Source: Jimgerdemannia flammicorona (Eukaryota). Taken from it: 38,318 bases of DNA. Shown here one piece after another: positions 1 through 10,105 of the stretch (its first letter is position 1; every line of letters begins with the position of its first letter). Made by a program: the position numbers and the translations under genes. The stretch covers positions 1-38,318 of the forward strand of contig RBNJ01000162.1 in the NCBI GenBank assembly GCA_003990765.1, given 5' to 3'. The notes beneath the pieces were generated by a model. The model worked only from the letters and a program-made list of their open reading frames with translations. It was not told the DNA's origin and did not search any database.

Positions 1-400
1 GTATGCAGTCTGTGTGGGATCAAGAGGAGGTCAATGATGAACAAGAAGAGATATTTTTTGGTTGATGGGTTATGGGTTGGTGAGCACACTAACAGGGCAG
101 AAGTTGACAATGTATATATCTGGTCTGATACAGGACTTTATGGCAGAAGAGTGGCTGTATCTGAGCTGTCAATATTTTGTTGATGTCATAGATCCAACAA
201 GTCAATTATCATAGACTATTGCCAATGCAGAATAAAGGCAGTGACTGCATCCTTAGAACAGTCTTGTTGCAGATGGATAATAGTAGTTTGGTGAGTGGTA
301 TACAGCATCTTGGTATCTGTTACATCACTTACTAATTCTTATCTGAAATTTCTCACTGGACTGTTGTCAGAATACTATATTATTATTAACTGAATACCAT
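1..400. mobile_element. Edge of an unidentified decayed repeat
   Basis: No CpG for ~400 bp and TG/CA-rich like the TE island, then an abrupt return of CpG. No motifs recognised. Confidence 0.3.
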
Positions 401-652
401 CGCTTGCTTGCTCATAATGAAGGCTCGTCACTGTTGTCTCACTGGGTCCGGTCAGTCCTGAGTCAGATTGCATTTTCAAAGCCACAAATTTAAGCAGGCA
501 ATTTCGAAGTTCCCCTGCATCCTTAAATGAGCGGATAATAAACCAACAACTGGGAAAAGCCGTCCATAATTAGATTGAGCAATTGCTGCACGGGTAATAA
601 TCGTTTACCTCTCCCTCAAGCTTTATCCCTCTTCATTTGGCATCCCCACACA

Positions 653-1247
653 ATGTTCAACAACTTTTTTGTCCCGCCACCCGCATCATCAGCGAGCACC
701 CCGCTGCGCCACGAAGAGTAGACCTTGCCTCGCAACCTGGGGGATTCGTGCATCTCACTCCCGCTCGTATACATGAGGAATTCGGAATCAACATGGAGGA
801 TCTGACCTACATCCACCACCTCGAAACTGGCACTCAGATGCCGATCCCTCGCACCGGCATGGGCGTCATACTCCCGAATGGTGGTACCTTCATCCTCAAG
901 CAAACGCCACTCCCCCGAAGCACCGGTTCCCGTCTTTGCTGGACAGTCCTCCTGCTGTGTCCCTCCTGATCGTGGCTCTCCTCGGCCGAACCCTGGCGGA
1001 ACGTTTCCGTCAGGGAACTGCAGTCCCACTCTACTTCTTTCTCTGGGGAAAATTGCGTGCGCTGCAATGCCGGTGGGTGAAGAGGAGTATTGTGTGGGCT
1101 TTTGGCTATAGTTTTCACGCGGTTATGGTGTCCTACTATGCGATTTCGATTTTCTGGAAGGAAGTGCCGATGCCACCTGTCGTTGTTGATAACATGTTGT
1201 TGGTTTATCCCATGGTTGCGACAGTGATTAGCATTTGGATAGATTAG
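653..1247 (+). pseudogene. Frameshifted hypothetical membrane protein (pseudogene or sequencing indels)
   Basis: ATG at 653 (MFNNFF) joins ORF 637-969 (PATRIISEHPAAP...CWTVLL) through a shift in a T6 run. A second shift near 950 joins ORF 936-1247, which has three hydrophobic segments (AVSLLIVALLG, SIVWAFGYSFHAVMVSYYAISIFW, MLLVYPMVATVISIWID). Composition is CpG-rich and gene-like. No family recognised. Confidence 0.35.
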
Positions 1248-1296
1248 GCGGATGGTGGATACATAGAAAGTAGTGCACTCGCAAATTGACCAGATT

Positions 1297-1346
<50 letters not shown>

Positions 1347-1365
1347 AAATAAAGAACCTGGGACA

Positions 1366-1433
1366 GCCCATGTGACATGACTTGGTGTGAGCTTACCGCA
1401 CCTTCACGTGACTCTTACCTGATATGCTAATAT
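1366..1433 (+). promoter_or_regulatory. Probable original promoter of the RBBP9-like gene, displaced by the TE island
   Basis: CATGTGACATGAC (~1369) and an E-box TCACGTGAC (1404-1412) lie just left of the ATAT TSD. Removing the transposon places them ~45-85 bp upstream of the ATG at 17764. Confidence 0.35.
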
Positions 1434-3461
1434 GGGGCGCGGTTTTTCAAAAGGTGCCTTAAGGCGATTTTTTAAAAAAATGAGATATTATTAAATCTGA
1501 TAAATGATTAACTTGAGGAATCAGAAAATCCATTTTTTAAGAAAAATATAATATTAAAATAATTAGAAATCAGCAAAACTTGTCAAAGGATGCTAAATAA
1601 TTAAATCTTCATTTAACCTAATTTATAAAAAACCAGTCCTTTTTTTTTTTGGACATCTAAATTGGGGAATACAAATCGAATTTTACAACCACGTGCATAC
1701 ATATGTCAATTTATATAATTCACAGACATTTTTCATTGTATCTTGATAAAAAGACATCTGATTTTAATGATCTTAGGCTTGTTAGAAAGCCCTGAATCAT
1801 GGATTTCTAGAAAAATTTATGGCCTCAAAATAGGATATCCTTTCAGTAATATATGATGGAAAATGTTAATATAAATTTTGTACTTAATATAGTTAGTAAT
1901 AATAAAGTACTACAGTGATGGTAAATTAAATATTTATCCACTTTAATTGAAAATCAAAATAACAAATATATTTATTTCAAGTAAAAAGTTATAATAAAAA
2001 AAAAAACTAAATAACTATAAACTATTTTGATTTTTTTAGATTTAGTATAGATAGAAGAGGATAAAGTTTATTATGAGAATCTTTTCTAACATATTCTCTA
2101 ATAAAATTATATAAATACTACTGATGTTCTACAGAATATCCTATAGCTGAAACTTCTTCTAAACCTATAAGTTATATAGAAAAAATTTCAGTAGTAATAA
2201 TATTATTTCTTATAATTCTGATATATTTTTCACTATTACTTTAAGAATGCTCTTTTACAAGAACTTCTCCCATTTTAGCTAAACTAAAATCAAAATAATG
2301 AAAAGAAAGAAGAGAGGGAAGATTTTTAAAATATTTGCTAAAAAATGAAGACCATACATAAAAGAACACATTTCTTATTTCATCTTCTTCAATAGTAAGT
2401 TGAGGAATATTATAACTATTTGTAGATAATACTCTGATCACAGTTGCTAGATCATCAATTGTATCAATATCAGCAGTTCTAATAATATAAAATATAAATA
2501 AATATAATATAAATAAATATAAATAAATTAAAAACTTACTTAAGAGTTTTTTTAAATAAACCAAAGAAGCTGTCTGAACTAAATTTTGTATATCCTACTA
2601 CTATAAACTTGAGAGTAATATTGATATAAAGACCAATAATAATTCTCCAACACAGATATTGAATCAATGCATTATTCTTATTTTGACCAGAGTAGTTGTC
2701 AGTATGAAGTACTATCTTTTGAGCTTCATAATCTTGTTTTTTAAAATAAAAATACAACTATATATATAAATTAATATTAATATTGAATTTAAAATCTTAA
2801 GACTTTTTATTAAGTTATAACTAAATAATAAATATCTGTGATATTACTGCATCTGCTTCTTTTCTAACAAAATATTTTTCTTTATTCAAAAAAATATATT
2901 AATATGGAATAGCATTATTGCATACTCCAAAGACTTATACTTTTACTGATACCTTGAAATAAATATTACCCTTAAATATAAAAATAATTTAATAAATCAT
3001 TTAACTAATAATTTAAATTGAAATTAAATATAAAAAAGATTGACTAATCTCTTATTGTAAAGAATATAGAATTTATACTTACTGAGCATAGTCAAATGAG
3101 AAATATAATTTAATATCTCTAGAGTTTGCATCAGCATCAGATATACTACTATTAAGCTACTTGAAAGATTGCTTTATATTACTGATATCTTCTTTATATT
3201 GATCATGCTCATTAACTGCATATTAATAATAAGTCAGCTAATTTTTTTTCTGTATAGTATATTCTGATGGTATAAATTTTCCAAACTGTCAATTTTTGCA
3301 AATCCAACAGAGGTCACTTCTTGCTGTTAAAAACTTGATCTCTCTATAATATCTTTTCCAGATAGTATTAAATATTATTTGACTAATGTGAAAGTCAATA
3401 TTTCTGTTATTGAACTTTGCCAATAATTTTCTTTTATTACTGTCTACAGATAAGTAGATAA

Positions 3462-3919
3462 TAGTCTCTTTGTTATGGTAAAAGTTCTGGTCAGATGATA
3501 GTAATCCATATTGTTGACTATATCCTAAGATGAAAGTAACCATCTGTAAGATTTTAATGAAATAGTTAATAAACTTAATACAGTTGCTGACTTCATTAAT
3601 AAATTTATCCTGGTCTTATTCCACTCCATCTTGTTTATCTTGTTCATCTCATCTATCTTGTCTATCTCATCTGTCTTATCTATCTTATCTGTCTTATCTA
3701 TCTGTCTCATCCATCTGTCTCATCTATCTCATTCATCTCACCCATCTCATTTATCTGTCTCATCTATCTTATCTATCTTATCTATCTCATCCATCTTGTC
3801 TATCTTATCTGTCTGTCTCATCTGTCTCATCTGTCTGTCTTATCTATTATCTATCTCATTCATCTTGTCTATCTTGTCTATCTCATCCATCTCATCCATC
3901 TGTCTCATCTATCTCATCC
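3462..3919 (+). repeat. Left copy of a ~458-bp direct duplication flanking the PLE, including a 9-bp tandem array at ~3625-3919
   Basis: tagtctctttgttatggtaaaagttctggtc... recurs at 8402 onward. The copies differ only by transitions and by repeat-unit number. Confidence 0.9.
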
Positions 3920-4422
3920 AGAGGAGGAAGAAGGCCCAGCGGGAGCCAAGGGGGCAAACCCAGAGCCAGTGTCAAAGCGAATAGAAGACATGTGAAAGAG
4001 CATGTATAAGGGAGACGAACAAAGAACATAACTGAAATTGCATCAGCTGTTTATTGCCACATAAAAACGTGGTCCTTATATACAAAATACAATATCCCAA
4101 AAGGGAGGATGCACCACAACTCGGGGTGAACCGAATTAGGAACCACATGACCGCCAGAGATAGGCGGAGATAAAGGGGGAGCCAATCCCAGTTGCAGGAT
4201 AAAAATCACAAACAAACACAAACAAAAAAAATCCAAATTGAGATTAAAAAACATCCACAGACCCCAGAGGGGTAAGCGTGAGTGAGGGGTGAGGCCAAAA
4301 CAGAGCAAGCCACAGTGAGCCCAAGCGAAGCGAGGGGCTGAAGGCAGTGGAGGGGAGTGGAGTGAGGCCGAGACCCCGGAGCGAGCACGAGACCCCAGAG
4401 GGGGCAAGGATGTTTTTTAATC
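3920..4422 (-). repeat. 3' pseudo-LTR of the PLE (~503 bp)
   Basis: Direct repeat of 7578-8080. It begins at the RT stop codon, contains an internal 15-bp inverted repeat (4242-4256 / 4408-4422), and ends inside a copy of the ORF1 5' end. Confidence 0.9.
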
Positions 4423-6366
4423 CTCTTCGGCAGAACTGGAGGCACCAGAAGGTGATGAAAATGCAAAACAAGAGTGATAGATTGAAGAAGAAATAGAAGG
4501 AAGATGTGAACGAGCAATCAGAGGGCATCGGGAAAGAGATGAAAGTCCATGGCATAAAAGAGAAGAGCGCAGGATGGTATCAGGGCATTGAGCAACCCAG
4601 TGAGCACAATCAAATAGTATGACAAGAATTGGGGGTGGGAAAGAAGAGAGGGTACAGAGAGGGTAAGGGGGGAGAGAGGGAAGGGAGGGGGGATAAAGAG
4701 GAGAGAGGAGGGAAGAGCAAACAACAGACTATTCAATAGAAGCAAGCAGATCATGAATAATAGAAATAGGGTAGGCACGACGATGGACCACGAAGTTGCC
4801 AAGAACCCGAACAGCAGACACCCAATTAGAACGATGGGAGCAGTATAGTGCAAGACAATGAGCCTTACTCCAAACACATTCAAGAAGAGTGTAATGAGAA
4901 TGATTGGACAAGAAGTTAGGGAACTGTTGGGAATGGGGAAAATGAGAATAAACAACAGTTCAGAAAGGAGAAAGAGAAATGGAAAGGTCCAAAAAGGGAA
5001 TACTAGTCACACCGCACACCCAGGTAATAGAATGGTGGGGAGGGTAGATGCCCAAGAACACACTAGAGATATCAACATCAGCAACAGTAAAGACAATAAA
5101 GTCATCAATGTATTGGCAAAAGAAGATATCCCCAGCCCAGAATATAATGGAAAGAGGTGAAGTAATATCATGTAATGCATGCAATTCGTGGGCCAGGCCA
5201 ATGAGGTTGGCAAGGGTGGGGGCACAATTCATTTCCATGGCAATACCAGAAGTCTGGTGAAAGGAGCCAAGGGCTGACTCAAAATAATTAGAGCCGCAGA
5301 CGAGGAGCGTAAGCTCAACAATGGAAGCCAATGAAACTGGGGAATCCAAAGGAAAAACAATAGAACCCAAGAAGTGAAGGCAAGTATTGATCTCATCAAA
5401 ACGAATAGCAGTATAAAAGGAGGAGAAGTCACTAGTGGTCAAGTGGGAAAAATGATAAACAGGCACAATGGTGGAGCAGAGAAGGGTGAGCTCCTGAGTA
5501 TCATGAAGAATGGTGTACTCAGGCCCAAGATGGTGTTGTAAGAGAGCCATCCAGGAGAGGAAGAAGCAGGATAACTACTTCGAAATCTTGGTGGTAGGAG
5601 AACTATAAGCAGCTGTAATAGGACGCCAAGCCAAAGTAGGCTTGTGAACTTTAGGAAGAGCATAGAAAACCAGAAGAGAAATATCCGAGGAGGATAAAGA
5701 GTCCTGGAAGAAGTTAAAAATGGGGTTTGCGAATGGGAAATCTGAAAGCAATCTGGCATGAGCCAGAGAAACCCGAAGAAGAGTGAGAACCTCATCCAAT
5801 CTAAGAGCACTATGCTCATAAGCTATGGCTTGAAGGAGGGCAGAAAGGCCATCAAGGTAGAGCGACTTAGGAATAAGTGCAAAACCTTAATTCTTATCAG
5901 TGACTGTGAGCAAGTGTATAGGCAATTGCTTGACCGATTTAAGTATGGTATGTACGGCACAGTCCAAAACTAAGCAAGAGCGAGCATGTCCAGGAATAGA
6001 CAGCAAGCAAGCCATGTCGAGGAATATGCAGTGTGAAGAGATATTGGGAGGGGGGACCCAATCGCTAGGAACAAAATAGTGAGAGAGCATCTCACCATGA
6101 TCTTGAAAGAAAATGGCAAGGTCAAGAGTACACCGAAAATGTGTGAGACGAGCCAGATTGGTGAAGGAGAATTGTGAGGGAGTCGCAGGAAAAACAAAGT
6201 GAGGACCCAAGGATAAGGCAAAGACTTGAAGGGGAGAAAGGGGACAGTCAGCTGAAGAAAAGGGAGGAGATAAAAGAGCTCCAAGAGAAGAGTAAACTCG
6301 AAAGTTTGGGATAAGCAACTGGGAAAGACAAAGGGAGGACAACATGAGGAACCACTCAGGGCGCAC
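4417..6366 (-). pseudogene. PLE reverse transcriptase (ORF2), lacking a GIY-YIG domain
   Basis: ORF-track pieces 5887-6366, 5575-5799, 4960-5550 and 4729-4911 are all in one frame, separated only by in-frame stops. PLE motifs: SLGPHFVFP, TVTDKN, FYALPKVHKPTLAWRPI, TSDFSSFYTAI, QTSGIAMEMNCAPTLANL, QYIDDFIV, IPFLDLSI, thumb ...HRRAYP. The linker PLIARSHLPSIS is followed by stop TAA at 4419-4417. Confidence 0.9.
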
Positions 6367-6431
6367 TAGAAGCGACGACAGAATCTGAGAAGGGATGGGG
6401 ACACTGGGGGAGAACTATACTGGGGGGAAGT

Positions 6432-7649
6432 TTAAGAGTGAGAGGCCTTCCCCTTCCCTCTGACTTTTTTTGAAGGTGGCGAGCCTGATGAATGGGAGCA
6501 CACCCCATCAGAGTGCCAGACCTTGTGGCCACAGGCTTTCATGCAGCCCTTACATTCAGGGGTATGGGTGGAGGAGGCAGAGGAGGAACCGGTAGAGGAG
6601 GCTGAAGGCAAGCGAGCAGCCGAAGGGGCAGCAGCACAAGGAACACCACCATGAGGACAGATGGACTTGGCCGGGTGCCAGTAGGCATGGTGGAGGTGAC
6701 CAGAGCAGACAGCGCAAGGCCAGACCCCGATAGTGCGAGAACCAAGTTGGTGGCCACGCTTGGGGGTAGGGGGAATGGAGGAGGAAGCCTTGGTGGGGGA
6801 GGGGGACCGGGAAGAAGCCGACGAAGCCTGATTGGGCTTGGCAGGAGTCTTGGCAGAGGTCTTGGAGGGGGCCTTGGTGGCGGCAGTGGCGAAGGAATGA
6901 ACCTCAGCATGAGCAGTGGCATGAGCTTCGGCATGGATGGCCTCAGAGACTGAAACCTCAGAGGAGGTGGGCAAGGGAGCAGTGGCGGTGGTGCGAGCAG
7001 CAGCGGCAGCACGTGACAACTCCTGCTTGTGAAGGCGAGTAACAAAAGAGGTGCCGGCAAGGAGGAAATGACATACAGCATCAATGTCAACAGCAATAGA
7101 AGGAACATCTTGGATGGCGAAGCCACAGAAGAGGGCAGTATCTGAAAGGTGGGAGGAGGTGAAGGCCATGAAGGCGGCACAGGCACGATGGAAGGAGGTG
7201 GAAGCGGCAGCAGCGGAAGCAGCAGCAGTATCGGTGGCGGCGAGTTTGGTGGTGGCAGTAGTGGCACAAATCTCTTCAGAGAGGGCTTGGTGGTGGGCTT
7301 TAGGGAGAATAGAGTAGTAGATGGCAGGCAGAGCGACAATGTCGATGTCATGGCGGAGATGAGCCTCCTTGGTAGAGAGGACAAGAACTGACCAGAACTG
7401 AGAGAGGAGTAGATGACCAGAGGGATGAAGGTCTAAGGGGAGAGAAAGGATGGCAGATAAGATGTAGATCTTGAACAAGACAGTGGTGGGGGTGAAGGCG
7501 GGGGGAGGGGGAGGAGGAAGTTCCTCATCCATGAGCTCATTGACAAGGACAGAGGCCCCAAGAGCAGGTGGTATAGCAGAGGAGGAAGAAGGCCCAGCGG
7601 GAGCCAAGGGAGTGAACCCAGAGCCAGTGTCAAAGCGAACGGAAGACAT
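6432..7649 (-). CDS. PLE ORF1: ~405-aa Ala/Ser/Pro-rich protein with two C-terminal CxxC...WH...CxH zinc-binding repeats
   Basis: Uninterrupted ORF (track 6432-7676; likely ATG 7649, MSSVRFDTG). Motifs CAVCSGHLHHAYWHPAKSICPH and CKGCMKACGHKVWHSDGVCSH; basic tail KKVRGKGK. Confidence 0.7.
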   Translation of the reverse strand: MSSVRFDTGSGFTPLAPAGPSSSSAIPPALGASVLVNELMDEELPPPPPPAFTPTTVLFKIYILSAILSLPLDLHPSGHLLLSQFWSVLVLSTKEAHLRHDIDIVALPAIYYSILPKAHHQALSEEICATTATTKLAATDTAAASAAAASTSFHRACAAFMAFTSSHLSDTALFCGFAIQDVPSIAVDIDAVCHFLLAGTSFVTRLHKQELSRAAAAARTTATAPLPTSSEVSVSEAIHAEAHATAHAEVHSFATAATKAPSKTSAKTPAKPNQASSASSRSPSPTKASSSIPPTPKRGHQLGSRTIGVWPCAVCSGHLHHAYWHPAKSICPHGGVPCAAAPSAARLPSASSTGSSSASSTHTPECKGCMKACGHKVWHSDGVCSHSSGSPPSKKVRGKGKASHS

Positions 7650-8402
7650 GTGGAAGAGCATGTATAAGGGGGACAAACAAAGAACATAACCGAATTTGCA
7701 TCAGCCATTTATTGTCATGTAAAAATGCAGTCCTTATATACAAAATATGACATCCCAAAAGAGAGGACACACTACAACTCAGGGTGAACCAAATTAGGAA
7801 CCACATGACTGCCAGAGATAGGCAGAGATAAAGGGGGAGCCAATCCCAGTTGCAGGATAAAAATCACAAACAAATACAAACAAAACAAATCCAAATCGAG
7901 ATTAAAAAACATCTACAGACCCCAGAGAGGTGAGTGTGAGTGAGGGGTGAGGCCGAAATGGAGCGAGCCACAGTGAGCCTGAGCGAAGTGAGGGGCTGAA
8001 GGCAGCAGAGGGGAGTGGAGTGAGGCCGAGACCCTGGAGCGAGCGTGAGACCCTGGAGGGGGTAAGGATGTTTTTTAATCTCGATTTGGATTTGTTTTGT
8101 TTGTGTTTGTTTGTGATTTTTATCCTGCAACTGGGATTGGCTCCCCCTTTATCTCTGTCTATCTCTGGCAGTCATATGGTTTCTAATTCAGTTCACCCCG
8201 AGTTGTGGTGCATCCTCTCTTTTGGGATGTCATATTTTGTATATAAGGACTGCATTTTTACGTGGCAATAATTGGCTGATGCAAATTTGGTTATGTTCTT
8301 TATTCGTCCCCCTTATATATGCTCTTCCACATATCTTCTGTTCACTTTGACACTGGCTCTGGGTTTGCTCCCTTGGCTCCCGCTGGGCCTTCTTTCTCCT
8401 CT
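7578..8402. repeat. 5' pseudo-LTR (7578-8080) plus inverted arm (8066-8402): a palindrome with ~337-bp arms and a 151-bp spacer
   Basis: 8066-8402 is the reverse complement of 7578-7914 and of 3920-4256. Confidence 0.9.
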
Positions 8403-9000
8403 AGCTTCTTTGTTATGGTAAAAGTTCTGGTCAGGTGATAGTAATCCATGTTGTTGACTATATCCTAAGATGAAAGTAACCACCTGTAAGATTTTAATAA
8501 AATAGTTAATAAACTTAATACAGTTGCTGACTTCATTAATAAATTCATCCTGGTCTTATCCCACTCCATCTTGTTCATCTTGTTCATCTCATCTATCTTA
8601 TCTATCTCATCTGTCTTGTCTATCTTATCTGTCTTGTCTATCTGTCTCATCCATCTGTCTCATCTATCTCATTCATCTCACCCATCTCATTTATCTGTCT
8701 CATCTATCTCATCTATCTTATTCATCTCATCTATCTTGTCTGTCTTATCTGTCTGTCTCATCTGTCTCATCTGTCTGTCTTATCTATTATCTATCTCATT
8801 CATCTTGTCTATCTTATCTATCTCATCCATCTCATCCATCTCATCCATCTCATCCATCTGTCTCATCTGTCTCATCTATCTCATTTGTTTCATCTATCTG
8901 TCTTATCTATCTCATCCATCTTGTCTAACTATCTCATCCATCTATCTCATCTATCTCATCTGTCTTATCCATCTCATCTATCTTGTCCATCTCATCTATT
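8402..9000 (+). repeat. Right copy of the duplicated segment (8402-~8885) and continuation of the 9-bp tandem array in a transposase intron
   Basis: Units TCT[CA/TG/TA]TC[CA/TG/TA], consistent with an ancestral (TCTCGTCCG)n. The array lies upstream of the acceptor ttacag|GTGGTT on the minus strand (~8483). Confidence 0.85.
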
Positions 9001-9784
9001 TTATTTGATTTGTTCTCATTCTCTTAAAAAATTAAAAATAATATACATATCTCCAGAGTTTTCCCAAATGTCAATTGTCTGTATTGAATAAGTTCTTCAT
9101 TTCTATATATTCTTTATACAATATCATGTTCTTTGAAATGTTCTTGAACATTATGTAATCTTTTTTTGAAAATACTATATATCAATTCATATATATTTTT
9201 GTATATAGATATATTATAAAAGATATAAGTAATATTATTTTATTTACATTTACCAGTAATGTCAAATTCTTTCAACTGTGAATTTATATCTATAGCTTCT
9301 TTTAAAAAGGCATCTTGAACATCTCTTAACTAAGCAGAAATTTTCTCTAGCTATTTTTCCAAATATTGAAGAGAAAGCTAAGAGTGCTTCAAATAGTTGT
9401 AAGGTTTTTTGTTACAATAATTTAATTTTCACAATTTTTGAATATATATTTTAACTTTCTCCTCTTTTTTCTCTTTCTTTTCTTTCTTTTCTTTCTTTTC
9501 TTCCTTCTCTTCTATCTGCTTATTATCTTTATTGTCTTTTTTGATGATTTGAGTAAGCTTATCTAATACATAAGATATATTATAAAGTAATTATATTTAG
9601 TAAAGTTGTTGAGGTGTTATAATATCTAGTTCCAGTTCTATATTAAATTCAGCAATAAATTCTATATTATCAATTCTGATAATATTAGATTCAACAATAG
9701 GTTCTATATCAATTTCAGTAATATTAGATTCTATATCTAAAGTAGATTGATTAAATATAAATAAAATTATTAGATTAATATATG

Positions 9785-9932
9785 CAAGTTATAAGCTATA
9801 AATTCTAAGCTACTATATAAGTTTTTTTTTTTTATACTAGCTGTTAGCTAAGCCACAAGCCATAAGCTGCAAGCCACAAGCTACTGTAATAACTATAAGC
9901 TATAATAACTGTAAGCTACAATAACTATAAGC
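9785..9932 (+). repeat. 7/10-bp tandem array (AAGC[CA/TG/TA]C), left part
   Basis: aagccac/aagccat/aagctgc/aagctac units; the array continues after the LINE at 15813. Confidence 0.8.
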
Positions 9933-10105
9933 AGGGACTTTTTTTGCTTAAACCACTTAGAGTGAGCTAAGCCACATAGGCATCTTTCAGCAAAAGACAA
10001 TATGTTTTCAAGTTTTTATTTCGAATATACTGGTATACATCACATGGCAGGAGTCTACCTACAAGGTACAATAAGTTTCAAGGAAAACTGTCAAGTTTTG
10101 ATAAT

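Larger units (their letters stand above)
3920..8402 (-). mobile_element. Penelope-like retroelement, endonuclease-deficient, two ORFs, with pseudo-LTRs and an inverted terminal arm
   Basis: Direct repeats 3920-4422 and 7578-8080; inverted copy 8066-8402; PLE-type reverse transcriptase (RT); ORF1 upstream of the RT. Confidence 0.9.

Noticed and set aside
1298..1346. Long poly(T) tract as a retrocopy tail (similar tracts at ~27002, ~37518, ~19150)
   Set aside because: No TSD or attached element was found. Such homopolymers are frequent throughout the window and their lengths may be assembly-dependent.
3525..4009. ORFs with SHLS/ISSI/DKID repeats (also 8465-9091)
   Set aside because: These are translations of a 9-bp intronic tandem array, not genes.
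3920..8402. DIRS/Ngaro or LTR retrotransposon interpretation of the direct plus inverted repeats
   Set aside because: The RT motifs are PLE-type. No RNase H, integrase, protease or tyrosine recombinase is present, and there are no TG..CA ends or PBS.
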